The translations under genes and the position numbers were made by a program. Shown here one piece after another: positions 20,669-30,134 of a stretch of 58,557 nt of DNA. Location: contig JAYVJM010000091.1 in NCBI GenBank assembly GCA_043769275.1, positions 1 through 58,557 on the forward strand. Direction: 5' to 3'. The stretch is from Cellvibrionales bacterium (GTDB lineage Bacteria > Pseudomonadota > Gammaproteobacteria > Pseudomonadales > UBA7239). The notes beneath the pieces were generated by a model that was not told the DNA's origin, searched no databases, and worked only from the letters and a program-made list of their open reading frames with translations. Position 1 is the first letter of the stretch. Each line of letters opens with the position of its first letter.

Positions 20669-21259
20669 ATGTATCAAGATAGAGTGTATTGCGAGATAAG
20701 CGCTAGACAGAGACTACGTGACAGTCAATGGCTTCAGCGCAAAAGGGAGTGTCCAGGTCGTCAGCATGGCGCAACGCTGATAATTGGTTTGATCATGTTG
20801 TTGTTGTTGACGCTAATCGGGGTGGCCGGTATTCGCGATACCACTTTACAAGAACGTATGGCAGGTGGTGAGCGTGATCGAGCGCTGGCACAACAGGCGG
20901 CGGAGTCAGCATTGCGGATTGCGGAGAAAACGCTGCCCCCTACTCCTGCGATTGTGGCACTAACATCAACTCAGTTATTGCGTGGCGGCCTTAGCGAGAC
21001 GGCATATTGGCAAAAGACAACCAGTTGGGCAGGTGCTGTCACTGTTACGGGTTTGCCAACGGCCTCTGGTTTAGCGGAAAGTCCAAAATACGTGATAGAA
21101 AAAATGCCCCTGAGCTACAGCGGTATTGACGGCACAGTTAATGCGGGCTCTGTGGGTGCGACAGAGACGGTGGTGGATTACAGAATTACCGCACGCGGCG
21201 TAGGTTCGACTACGGATGCCGTGGTCATTTTACAGACAATGTATCGGTTAGTTGAGTAA
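20669..21259 (+). CDS. pilX: type IV pilus minor pilin PilX
   Basis: PilX_N-like QHGATLIIGLIMLLLLTLIGVAGI...LQERMAGGERDRALAQQAAESAL, with no Glu5 as is usual for PilX. The ATG at 20669 is preceded by AAGGAGGAG. Confidence 0.7.
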   Translation: MYQDRVYCEISARQRLRDSQWLQRKRECPGRQHGATLIIGLIMLLLLTLIGVAGIRDTTLQERMAGGERDRALAQQAAESALRIAEKTLPPTPAIVALTSTQLLRGGLSETAYWQKTTSWAGAVTVTGLPTASGLAESPKYVIEKMPLSYSGIDGTVNAGSVGATETVVDYRITARGVGSTTDAVVILQTMYRLVE

Positions 21260-21309
21260 ATTATATTGATGTTTTTGCGCCGCTTAGCTTGTAACTAAAG
21301 GATTGGTGT

Positions 21310-24300
21310 ATGAAAAGCAAGGATGGTCGGCATTTGTATCGGTTTTTGCTGGTTTTTGTATTGTTTGCGCTAGGGTTGCTATCGGCATCACCGTCTATGG
21401 CTTTTGGCTGGGACTATGCCTCGATGCCATTGTTTTTGGCAAAAGCCAGTAAGCCAAATGTGATGGTGGTGATTGATAATTCAGAATCAATGAACAGCGT
21501 TGCTTACTCTCAGGAGTTCAGTGATTATTTGCTGAACTCAAGTGATACCGCTAATAAAAAATACAGTGATGCTTGGTATCCATGCACCGCTTACAGCACA
21601 AAGACACACACATGCACATGCACGTCTGCTGGGGCTGTCGAATTAAATGTTTTGACGGAAGCCCCAACACACAAGGTTTTCGTTGTAAAGGGGCTGCCGT
21701 CTGCCGTTCGTTGTAATGTTCTCTCAGGTACGGAGGAGCACGGAGGGCAGGGATTGATGGTGAGCAATAGCCTGAAAAGCCCTGATCCTAGCGAGCGAAG
21801 TGCAGGAGGTGCCGTCCCAATAACCAGCAGCCATCACCGTGTGGTGAATGCGTGTGTGCTTTTTAATCGCGCTAATACGGCTCAACTTCCCGCCACAAAT
21901 AATATTCATGACCCACACTACCCTGTGGGATCCAACCAGGATGCCTCTACGGCTTACGAGGCTGATTACGTCAGTTTTTTGCTGAACAAGCACTTTGTCG
22001 ATAGCGCTGTTAATGAGCTTGCCGTCACCGCGACGAGCAATGCAGGTCGACTGAAATTTGATATGAGCAAGAGCGCCATTGTGCCTAAGTTTAATCGTCT
22101 TCAGGCGGCACGTATGGTTGTCAAGGCGTTTGTTAATGCGAACGCACGCGATGCTAATGTTGGTCTGGCCACGTTTGATGCCAAAGGAAGCCGTCGGGCT
22201 TCCAAAATCTCTGTCAAGTGCGCGCTGGGCGATGTCGCACATATTAATGAGCTAGAAAAGCAAATTAACACGGCGCTTAAACCCAGTGTTCATACGCCGC
22301 TTGCAGTCACGCAAGAAGTTGTCAATCACTATTTTGCGGGTAGCGACAGCCCAGTAACCAGTCGCTGTGATACAAATGCTGTTGTGGTAATGACGGATGG
22401 CACGCCTACTGGAGACTTTGATGCCACAAAGAACCGAGAGAAAGACATTGATGGCGCTACAGATCACCCTTATAACAATCAAAGTCTGCTGGACGACATT
22501 GCTGAGGCCGGTTTTAAAACCATATTTAAGCAGGGCGGCAAGGATTCAGCAGGTGTTAGCTGGACAGGATCCGGCTCTAAAAAGCAAAAAATAGACACTT
22601 ATGTTATTGGTTTTTCTGCGGAATATGACCTCCTGCGCATGACACCGCTGGTTAACCGTGTGCCGGTGCCTGCCACCGATGTCCAGCTTGCCACGCTCAG
22701 GCCGCCAAACGGCTCTATTAAAATTGCATCACATGGCCTCAGTACAGGCGACCCTGTTTTGTATGAAACATTAACAAAAGAGGGCAGCGTGATCACGGCT
22801 AAAACGACAGGTCTTTTACAGACATTGGGCGGAAGCTTGCCATCTCATCTTGCAGATGAGGAGAACGGTACGCCTGGGCTGTATTTTGCTATTCGTTTGG
22901 ATGAAGATCATTTTGCGCTGGCTTCCTCGAAAGCAAAGGCGATAGACATGCCGCCAATAGGCATTCCCATTACAGGTGTAGGCACTGGCACCCACTTGTT
23001 CAGCACAGGCCCGGGTAAGTCATATTTTGCGCAGTCCACCGATGAATTGGTTGTTGCTTTAGGTGAGGCATTTAGTGCCATTTCTGCAGAAAATTCGGCA
23101 GTTTCAGCGGTGTCAGTTAATGCGAGTAAGGCCGAGGTCAGCACCCGCGTTTTTCAGGCGCGGTTTAACACCAAAAACTGGAGTGGAGATGTAGCTGCCT
23201 ACAATATTGATATAGCTTCTGGTGTGCGTAGCGTGACACCAATATGGACGGCTAATCATCCCAGAGAACCCGCAAGTGGCAGTGTCTTAACATGGAATCC
23301 GCAAGCGGCGGGTGGGCATGGTGCCGGTGCAGATTTTTTATGGCCTTCGCTCAATAGTGAGCAGCAGGCAGCATTGCACAGTCCTCAGGTTTTGAGTTGG
23401 ACAAGGGGCGAGCCTGTGGAAGGCTTGCGTAAGCCAGGAAGCGGCCTGTGGGGTGATGTCGTAAATTCTGGATTGCAGTTTGTGGGGGCTAGCAATGAGG
23501 GCTACAGCGCATTGCCTGGCATGGAAGGTAATAGTTATCAACAATTTGTAGCGGGAGTAAAAAGCAGCCGCACGCCCATGCTGGTGTTCGGTGCTAACGA
23601 CGGCATGGTTCGTGGCATTGATGTCAGCATGAGTGGCGATACCGATATAGGGCAGGGCAAACCACTTTTTGCATTTTTGCCCAATGGGGTATACAGAAGT
23701 TTTACTGATTTAAATGACAATGGTGTTATGGACGGCGGCAAAGAAAGCAATGATGCCACCGACAATCTTTTTCTCTTGAGCCAGCCCAATTACGGAAAAG
23801 CCGACAACCCGCATCGTTTTTTGGTTGATGGCTCGCCATCTGTAGGGGATGCCTGGTTTGCGCATCACGGCGGCGGTTTACGTTGGGGCACTGTGATGCT
23901 CGGTGGTGCACAATCTGGTGGTCGCTTCATTTATGCCATCGATGTAACGGGAACTCCCAAAAAAGAGGACGTGTTGTGGGAGTTCAGTAAAGACGACGAC
24001 TCTGTCGACCACTCCCCCAGCATTAACAGCCTAGGCTATACCTTTAGCCGACCATTGATTGGGCGTATGGCTAACGGCAAGTGGGCGGCTATATTTGGCA
24101 ATGGTTACAGCAGCGGCGGTCATAAAGCGCAGCTTTTTATTGTGGATATCGCCAGCGGCGCGGTTATTAAGCAAATAGACACGAAAAATGGGGGTGTTGC
24201 TAACCCGAACGGCCTATCTGATGTGCAAGTTCAGTTGGGCGGTGCTGGCGGAAAAACGGTTCAAGCTGTTTATGGTGGTGACTTGCGAGGCAATATCTGG

Positions 24301-24672
24301 AAGTTCGATGTCAGCGACGCCAGTGAGATGCATTGGAAAGTGGCCTACGGTACCGCTGCATCTCCTCTGCCGCTATTTACCGCGACTGACCGTAACGGAA
24401 ACCCCCAGCCCGTCACCGGAGGCATCGCGCTTAAAGAACATGGCGACGGCACACTGGTGTTTTTTGGTACCGGTAAGTATTTTGAGAAAAGCGATACGCG
24501 GCCTCATGTTATCGCTGGCGGAAAGGGGTACGCGCATATAAATTCGCTATACGGACTACTGGATAACGGCACGCCAATTGCCGGTGTTAATGAGCTTGTA
24601 GAGCAAAAAATGGACACGGTGCTGATGGGAGCTGGTACGAATGCCGGTGTCGTCTACCGTAAAAGCACGTAA
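21310..24672 (+). CDS. pilY1: PilY1 tip adhesin / pilus biogenesis factor, N-terminal 1120 codons ending at an in-frame TAA
   Basis: Signal peptide, then a vWA-type MIDAS motif DNSES (21475-21489), then PilY1-type beta-propeller segments (FGANDGMVRG, RFLVDGSPSVGD, GGRFIYAIDVT, FGNGYSS, VYGGDLRGNIWKFD). The ORF stops at TAA 24670-24672, before the end of the domain. Confidence 0.8.
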   Translation: MKSKDGRHLYRFLLVFVLFALGLLSASPSMAFGWDYASMPLFLAKASKPNVMVVIDNSESMNSVAYSQEFSDYLLNSSDTANKKYSDAWYPCTAYSTKTHTCTCTSAGAVELNVLTEAPTHKVFVVKGLPSAVRCNVLSGTEEHGGQGLMVSNSLKSPDPSERSAGGAVPITSSHHRVVNACVLFNRANTAQLPATNNIHDPHYPVGSNQDASTAYEADYVSFLLNKHFVDSAVNELAVTATSNAGRLKFDMSKSAIVPKFNRLQAARMVVKAFVNANARDANVGLATFDAKGSRRASKISVKCALGDVAHINELEKQINTALKPSVHTPLAVTQEVVNHYFAGSDSPVTSRCDTNAVVVMTDGTPTGDFDATKNREKDIDGATDHPYNNQSLLDDIAEAGFKTIFKQGGKDSAGVSWTGSGSKKQKIDTYVIGFSAEYDLLRMTPLVNRVPVPATDVQLATLRPPNGSIKIASHGLSTGDPVLYETLTKEGSVITAKTTGLLQTLGGSLPSHLADEENGTPGLYFAIRLDEDHFALASSKAKAIDMPPIGIPITGVGTGTHLFSTGPGKSYFAQSTDELVVALGEAFSAISAENSAVSAVSVNASKAEVSTRVFQARFNTKNWSGDVAAYNIDIASGVRSVTPIWTANHPREPASGSVLTWNPQAAGGHGAGADFLWPSLNSEQQAALHSPQVLSWTRGEPVEGLRKPGSGLWGDVVNSGLQFVGASNEGYSALPGMEGNSYQQFVAGVKSSRTPMLVFGANDGMVRGIDVSMSGDTDIGQGKPLFAFLPNGVYRSFTDLNDNGVMDGGKESNDATDNLFLLSQPNYGKADNPHRFLVDGSPSVGDAWFAHHGGGLRWGTVMLGGAQSGGRFIYAIDVTGTPKKEDVLWEFSKDDDSVDHSPSINSLGYTFSRPLIGRMANGKWAAIFGNGYSSGGHKAQLFIVDIASGAVIKQIDTKNGGVANPNGLSDVQVQLGGAGGKTVQAVYGGDLRGNIWKFDVSDASEMHWKVAYGTAASPLPLFTATDRNGNPQPVTGGIALKEHGDGTLVFFGTGKYFEKSDTRPHVIAGGKGYAHINSLYGLLDNGTPIAGVNELVEQKMDTVLMGAGTNAGVVYRKST

Positions 24673-25146
24673 AATGCAGTTGACTACCAGACCCAGCGTG
24701 GCTGGTACGTGCTGCTGCAAGTAGGCCGCATCAAGGCTGGCGAGCGAATAACCAGCGCGCCAATGGTTCATGGCAAGCGAGTTATTGCCATCACTTTTAC
24801 TCCTGCTGTAGATGACTCCTGCTCAAGCGGTGGCAGAAGCGCCTTGTTGGAGCTTGACGCGGCCACGGGTGGCGAGCTAAGCGATCCAGTCTTTGATGTT
24901 AATGGTGATGGCGTAATTGATGTGACGGACGTTTCTGTTGCTGGATTTGAAAGTGACAGCATTTTAAGTGCACCTCGCATACTGCAAAGTACAGGTAATG
25001 ATGGCAAAGTGGAAGAAAGAAAAGTATTAGGCTCCGGCAGTGCTTCTGACCCCATCGTCGTGGTAAAAGAGCGCGCGGATGCCACTCCTAGCAGCCAGAT
25101 TCGGCCGGGGCGCAGGTCTTGGCGGGAGCTTCGTAATGGTGGATAG
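24673..25146 (+). pseudogene. pilY1: C-terminal remainder of pilY1 in the same reading frame, beyond the in-frame stop
   Basis: The same frame as 21310 continues as NAVDYQTQRGWYVLLQ...GERITSAPMVHGKRVIAITFTP...SSGGRSALLELDAATGGELSDPVFDVNGDGVIDVTD. This includes an EF-hand-like loop, DVNGDGVID (24895-24921). The ORF track lists it from GTG 24709. Confidence 0.75.
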
Positions 25147-25240
25147 TCCATATGCTCCTGTAATGGGGGCGATAAAATTTGTTAGTCTTGGCTAAGTTTT
25201 ACAGCGATAAATTTTTTTTACAATGATAAAGGGAGATAGG

Positions 25241-25636
25241 ATGAATAATTCAGATGGTAGAGGCTGGATGTTTGCGCGTGGTTTTACCCTCGTCGAGCTA
25301 ATGATTGTGGTGGCTATTGTTGGCATATTGACGGCGATTGCTTATCCATCGTATATCCAAGAAGTACGCAAAACGCGCCGCGCCGATGCGATAACCGCTT
25401 TGCTTGATCTGTCCCAGCGATTGGAGCGTTGCTTTACTGCGAACTCCAAGTATGACGGCTGTATAACCGGCACGCCGGTGACCGATAAAGGCTATTACTT
25501 GCTGACCGTAACGGCCGCAGCCACCACTTTTACACTGGAGGCAGATTCTACGGGTGATCAAACTGCAGACCTTTGTAAAAACTTCACGATCACGAATACT
25601 GGCTTAAGAACGGCTTCAGACCCTGTGTGCTGGTGA
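25241..25636 (+). CDS. pilE: type IV pilin-like minor pilin PilE
   Basis: Canonical class III signal ARG|FTLVELMIVVAIVGILTAIAYPSY and two C-terminal Cys residues (C...C). The ATG at 25241 is preceded by GGGAGA. Confidence 0.75.
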   Translation: MNNSDGRGWMFARGFTLVELMIVVAIVGILTAIAYPSYIQEVRKTRRADAITALLDLSQRLERCFTANSKYDGCITGTPVTDKGYYLLTVTAAATTFTLEADSTGDQTADLCKNFTITNTGLRTASDPVCW

Positions 25637-25675
25637 TTTGTGGCTGTGTGTGCAAAAGTTTGGCATGTAAATTGA

Positions 25676-25700
25676 AGCCGCTCGTTCATCATGAGCGGCT
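25676..25700. terminator. hairpin between convergent pilE and rpoS
   Basis: Perfect 8-bp stem AGCCGCTC/GAGCGGCT with a 9-nt loop. Only weak T/A tracts flank it on either side. Confidence 0.5.
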
Positions 25701-25792
25701 AAATTATTAGCCTGAATTTTGGTGAGTGGTATAACGCGCTACGCAGGGTGCTGTTGCCAATGGACGATTTATAGTTATTTGGGTTGCGCGAG

Positions 25793-26833
25793 TTAGTGAA
25801 AAAACTCACGGCTATCCAGTCCTTCGTGCTCCATCTGCACACGCAGGCAAGCCAAAGCATCTAATTGAATTTGCCTTACTCGTTCGCGTGTTAGCCCAAT
25901 TTCTGCCCCAACTTCTTCCAGTGTGCCAATTTCATGGCCGTTGAGGCCAAAGCGGCGACACAGTACATCACGTTGTTTGTCGGGCAGTTCGCTTATCCAG
26001 CGATCAAGATGTGTTTTGATGTCACTGTTTTGCAGCAGTTCGAGCGGGTCGACGCAATGGCTATCTGCCACCATGTCCAGCAGCGATTTTCCAGTATCAT
26101 GCCCCAAAGAAACGTCAACCGACGTTACTTTTTCATTGAGGCTCAACATATATTTCACTTCTTCCACTGGCCTTTGCAGCAAAGCCGCGATGTCTTCTGG
26201 CGAGGGCTTGTGATCTAGTTTCTGGGTGAGTTCGCGTGCCGCGCGCAGGCAGGCATTCAAGCCTTTGACGACATGGACGGGCAGGCGAATAGTGCGTGTC
26301 TGATTCATAATTGCGCGTTCGATGGTCTGCCGTATCCACCAAGTAGCGTAAGTCGAAAAACGAAACCCTCGCTCAGGGTCAAATTTTTCTACAGCGCGGA
26401 TAAGACCAAGATTGCCTTCTTCTATCAAGTCTAAAAGGGGTAGGCCGCGATTTAGATAGCGCCGCGATATTTTAACCACCAAGCGCAGGTTACTTTCGAT
26501 CATCCGCTTACGGCCTTTTGCGTCGCCTTTTAACGCCAGTCGCGCAAAATGCACTTCTTCTGTCTGTGTTAGAAGCGGTGAAAAACCTATTTCGTTTAGG
26601 TAAATTTGAGTGGCGTCGAAGGTCTGTCGCAGATCATCATCCGAATCAAATACAGAGCGAGCCGAATATTGCGAGACTGCGGGGCTGCCTTCTGGCGAAA
26701 ATGCTATTTCCCCCTCAGTGTGGGAGGACTCTGTCTCAAGCAGTTCACTATCAAAAGTAGGCTCGGGGGTCTCCGCAGCAAAAATCGAAAATCCCTCAAG
26801 CTCCCCTGTAATTTCCCTAGCACCGTTTACCAT
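25793..26833 (-). CDS. rpoS: RNA polymerase sigma factor RpoS
   Basis: Sigma70 regions 2-4 ([36 protein letters not shown]; [20 protein letters not shown]), in the classic position downstream of pcm-nlpD. The ATG at 26833 (MVNGARE) has an AAGGA SD; the track start at 26899 is also possible. Confidence 0.88.
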   Translation of the reverse strand: MVNGAREITGELEGFSIFAAETPEPTFDSELLETESSHTEGEIAFSPEGSPAVSQYSARSVFDSDDDLRQTFDATQIYLNEIGFSPLLTQTEEVHFARLALKGDAKGRKRMIESNLRLVVKISRRYLNRGLPLLDLIEEGNLGLIRAVEKFDPERGFRFSTYATWWIRQTIERAIMNQTRTIRLPVHVVKGLNACLRAARELTQKLDHKPSPEDIAALLQRPVEEVKYMLSLNEKVTSVDVSLGHDTGKSLLDMVADSHCVDPLELLQNSDIKTHLDRWISELPDKQRDVLCRRFGLNGHEIGTLEEVGAEIGLTRERVRQIQLDALACLRVQMEHEGLDSREFFH

Positions 26834-26946
26834 AGAAAAGTCCTTTTCATGGTTGATTTCTTTGTGCGGCAGCCGTGCTCTACTGCACGACATCTCCAAC
26901 GCGATAACCTAGCAAGCTCGTATCGAAACGTGGCGGCTGGCTTGCC

Positions 26947-27840
26947 TTAGCGTGCGGGCAGATAAAGTAGAGGATCTACCGGTTTGCCAGTACGCCTTAT
27001 TTCAAAGTGTAGCAAGCTGTCGCCTTTGCTGCTCGAACCCAGCTCAGCAATTTTTTGTCCTGCTTTAATCGTGTCTCCTTCTTGCGCAAGCTGGCGGCCG
27101 TTGTGCGCGTAGGTGCTTAAAAACTGCTCGTCATGTTTTACGATAATCAGTTCGCCGTACCCTGTTAGCCCCGCGCCTGCATAAACAACGCTTCCATCCG
27201 CTGCGGCAAATACAGGGTCGCCTAACTTTCCTGCAATATCAATCCCTTGTTGTGCTTTGGTTGTGTTGGCAGACGACCCTGCTAAGGTGCCTGTAGCAGG
27301 CCAGAGCCAGTGTCGTGTCGTCATATTTTCATGCTTTAAGTTATGTTCCACGGTTTTTTTGGGTTGTTCGGATGAGGTGGCGCGTATTTCCCGAACATGG
27401 CTTTGTTCGTTCACGGCATAACCGCTCGCTGGCGCAGCCCCCTGCTTAATTGCTTGTGGGTTTTCTGTGTGAATGTCGCGTGTTTCCCCATTGTTCAGCG
27501 ACACAATGTACCGTGGAAGTTTGATGCTCGGGGGCGGGGCAAGCTGCTCAATCGTCGCTTGATGTGTGCTGTTTCCGCACCCATATAGCGCAAGGCATGT
27601 TACGTAGGTATAAAGCAGAAGGAGGCGGGTGCTGTTTTGGTGTGCTTGTGTTGTTCCACGGTGTTTGCTACGGTGTTTTTCATTGAAAAAGAGAATTAGT
27701 GCGCGCTTTAGATTTAAAAAAAGTCTTAAAAATAGCCTGCGTAATCTAATGTTAATCCGCTTTTTATTTGATTTAGACGGGTTGCTGCTTTGGAAATTGC
27801 CCGTCATTATTTTGATTGCGCGGCACTTATTGTTAAACAC
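26947..27840 (-). CDS. nlpD: M23/LytM-domain lipoprotein NlpD (start uncertain, no LysM domain seen)
   Basis: C-terminal LytM domain (GIDIAGKLGDPVFAAADGSVVYAG...LLHFEIRRTGKPVDPLLYLP) and a lipobox LALYGC. The first ~70 codons of the listed ORF are AT-rich and look non-coding. Confidence 0.8.
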   Translation of the reverse strand: MFNNKCRAIKIMTGNFQSSNPSKSNKKRINIRLRRLFLRLFLNLKRALILFFNEKHRSKHRGTTQAHQNSTRLLLLYTYVTCLALYGCGNSTHQATIEQLAPPPSIKLPRYIVSLNNGETRDIHTENPQAIKQGAAPASGYAVNEQSHVREIRATSSEQPKKTVEHNLKHENMTTRHWLWPATGTLAGSSANTTKAQQGIDIAGKLGDPVFAAADGSVVYAGAGLTGYGELIIVKHDEQFLSTYAHNGRQLAQEGDTIKAGQKIAELGSSSKGDSLLHFEIRRTGKPVDPLLYLPAR

Positions 27841-27911
27841 GGCTTTCTCCTGTAGAAATATGTCTGTAGAAATATGCCTGTAGAGATTCGGTGCCGTTGC
27901 AAAAGAGCGTG

Positions 27912-28580
27912 TTAGCGCAATACGCCCCTGACAAAAGGGACAAAGCGCACGGGTTCGATATCATCATGTTGATAGGCTCCTGTTTCTGGGTGGCGATATA
28001 CCACTACTAAGTGCTGCTCATCATCACCAACGGGTGTCACCAATACGCCGCCAAGTCCCAGTTGCTCGAGTAGTCTTGGTGGAATTTCCATGGGCGCGGC
28101 GGCTAACAGAATCCCATCAAAAGGGCCTGCCTCCTCCCAGCCAACAGCTCCGTCGCCATGGCGCGTGAAAACATTGTCAAGTTTGAGAAGATGCATTCGC
28201 GCCCGCGCTTTGTCGAGTAAGGGTGCAATTCGCTCCATGCTGTAAACCTTGTCGACTAACTGCGCCAGTACGGCTGTTTGATAGCCAGAGCCTGTACCTA
28301 TTTCTAAAACGCGATGGCGTGCGCCGTGCGACAGCAATAACTCTGTCATGCGGGCGACTATATATGGCTGCGACAGTGTTTGGTTGTAGCCTATTGGCAG
28401 TGCATCGTTTTCGTAAGCGCGATGCGCGAGTGCTTCATCTAAGAAAAGATGGCGCGGCGTTTCACGAATGGCATTGATAACCCTGAAGTCACGAATGCCC
28501 TGATCCATCAATCGTTCGATAAGGCGATCACGCGTGCGGCGCGATGTCATGCCTATACCATCAAGATTAAATTGATCCAC
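27912..28580 (-). CDS. pcm: protein-L-isoaspartate O-methyltransferase
   Basis: GIGMTSRRTRDRLI, QTLSQPYIVA and the SAM motif VLEIGTGSGYQTAVLA. Confidence 0.92.
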   Translation of the reverse strand: MDQFNLDGIGMTSRRTRDRLIERLMDQGIRDFRVINAIRETPRHLFLDEALAHRAYENDALPIGYNQTLSQPYIVARMTELLLSHGARHRVLEIGTGSGYQTAVLAQLVDKVYSMERIAPLLDKARARMHLLKLDNVFTRHGDGAVGWEEAGPFDGILLAAAPMEIPPRLLEQLGLGGVLVTPVGDDEQHLVVVYRHPETGAYQHDDIEPVRFVPFVRGVLR

Positions 28581-28721
28581 ATCTCTCTCTCCGCCAAAAG
28601 AAATTAAGGGTGTTCCGGCTGTTTTTTATGACTATATCACACCAGCAAAGAGGCTATATTGTGCTTTGTTGCTTCTCTCGTGCACGGTGTTTGTTCCATT
28701 TTGTCGCGTAAAAAATTGATG

Positions 28722-30110
28722 CTAAATATGGTCGCTCATGAAGCGATGGGTGACAGAAAGATCGTTGGGCAACACGGTATAACGCTCGGTGCGCTCAAAC
28801 AAATCCTGCATGTGTGAGGGCAGGGGAGGGTCTTTCGGATAGCCTGCGTTGCGTACAGCTTCTGGGAATTTGGCAGGATGTGCCGTGGCTAACGTCACGA
28901 CGGGTGTGTTTTTATTTTGACAGCAGGCGCGAGCGGCGCGCACGCCAATGGCTGAGTGCGGATCGAGCAAGTAGTCGCTCTCCGCCAGCACTTCGGCGAT
29001 GGTGCTGCAGGTATTTTCATCATCTACTGCAAGGCTTGAAAACAGTGCGCGTGCTTTATCAAAGCGTGACGGTGCAATTGAGACAGCACCGTTTTTAAAG
29101 TCACTCATCAGTGTGTTGATGAGTGCGCCATCACGCTCGTGTAGCTCAAACAGCATGCGCTCGAAATTACTTGAAATCATAATGTCCATGCTGGGAGACA
29201 GCGTGTGTTTCAGCTCGGTTTTTTCTAAGCGGTTGCCGCTCATGAATCGGTGCAAAATGTCGTTGCGGTTCGTGGCGATAATCAGTTGTGTAATGGGCAA
29301 ACCCATGCGCTTCGCCACATAGCCGGCAAAAATGTCGCCGAAATTGCCGGTGGGTACTGAGAATTGCATGGGGCGGGCGGGTGCGCCTAACTGCACTGCG
29401 GCATAAAAGTAGTAGACCACTTGCGCCATGATGCGCGCCCAGTTGATCGAATTCACAGCCACCAGAGGCTTGCCTTTCAGGAAAGACTGGTCGTTAAAGC
29501 TGTCTTTGACCATTTGTTGACAGTTATCAAAGTTGCCTTGTATGGCGATGTTGTGGATGTTGTCCGCCAGTACGGTCGTCATTTGGCGACGTTGCACGTC
29601 GGACACGCGCTGGTGAGGATGTAATATAAAAATATCAATGTTTTTGCAGCGACGGCAGCCTTCAATGGCGGCCGATCCTGTGTCGCCTGATGTAGCCCCC
29701 ATGATGACAACGCGCTCGTTTCTGCGCGTTAGCAGAGCGTCCAGCAGGCGGCCTAGCAATTGCAGTGCAACGTCTTTGAATGCCAAGGTGGGGCCATGAA
29801 AAAGCTCCAAAACCCACTCGTTACTGTTGAGCTGCACCAGCGGTGTAACGGCTGGGTGGCGGAAGCTGCGATACGTGTCGTCGACAATGGCGGCAAATTC
29901 GGTGTGCGTGAATGCGCCTTCCACAAACGGGTACATCACCCGCAAAGCCACTTCGCTGTATGAAAGCCCGCGCCATGACGCAATGTCTTCGTGACTGAAT
30001 TGCGGATACGTTTCTGGCACGTATAGGCCGCCATCACTGGCGAGTCCTGTCAGCAAAACCTCCTCGAAGTTAAGTGCTGGTGCCTGCCCGCGTGTGCTGA
30101 TGTATTTCAT
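28722..30110 (-). CDS. thrC: threonine synthase
   Basis: N-terminus MKYISTRG and the PLP-lysine motif HGPTLAFKD. The ATG at 30110 was preferred over the upstream GTG at 30122. Confidence 0.93.
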   Translation of the reverse strand: MKYISTRGQAPALNFEEVLLTGLASDGGLYVPETYPQFSHEDIASWRGLSYSEVALRVMYPFVEGAFTHTEFAAIVDDTYRSFRHPAVTPLVQLNSNEWVLELFHGPTLAFKDVALQLLGRLLDALLTRRNERVVIMGATSGDTGSAAIEGCRRCKNIDIFILHPHQRVSDVQRRQMTTVLADNIHNIAIQGNFDNCQQMVKDSFNDQSFLKGKPLVAVNSINWARIMAQVVYYFYAAVQLGAPARPMQFSVPTGNFGDIFAGYVAKRMGLPITQLIIATNRNDILHRFMSGNRLEKTELKHTLSPSMDIMISSNFERMLFELHERDGALINTLMSDFKNGAVSIAPSRFDKARALFSSLAVDDENTCSTIAEVLAESDYLLDPHSAIGVRAARACCQNKNTPVVTLATAHPAKFPEAVRNAGYPKDPPLPSHMQDLFERTERYTVLPNDLSVTHRFMSDHI

Positions 30111-30134
30111 ATATTCTCTCACTTGCTGTGTTTT

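Noticed and set aside
24670-24672. Could the in-frame stop in pilY1 be recoded (selenocysteine or programmed readthrough)?
   Set aside because: The codon is TAA, not TGA, and I see no SECIS-like hairpin immediately downstream. A nonsense mutation or a sequencing error is the simpler explanation.
25661-25676. Sigma54-like element TGGCAT-N5-TTGA downstream of pilE.
   Set aside because: The -12 element is GA rather than GC. It points straight into the terminator hairpin and the 3' end of the convergent rpoS, with nothing to transcribe.
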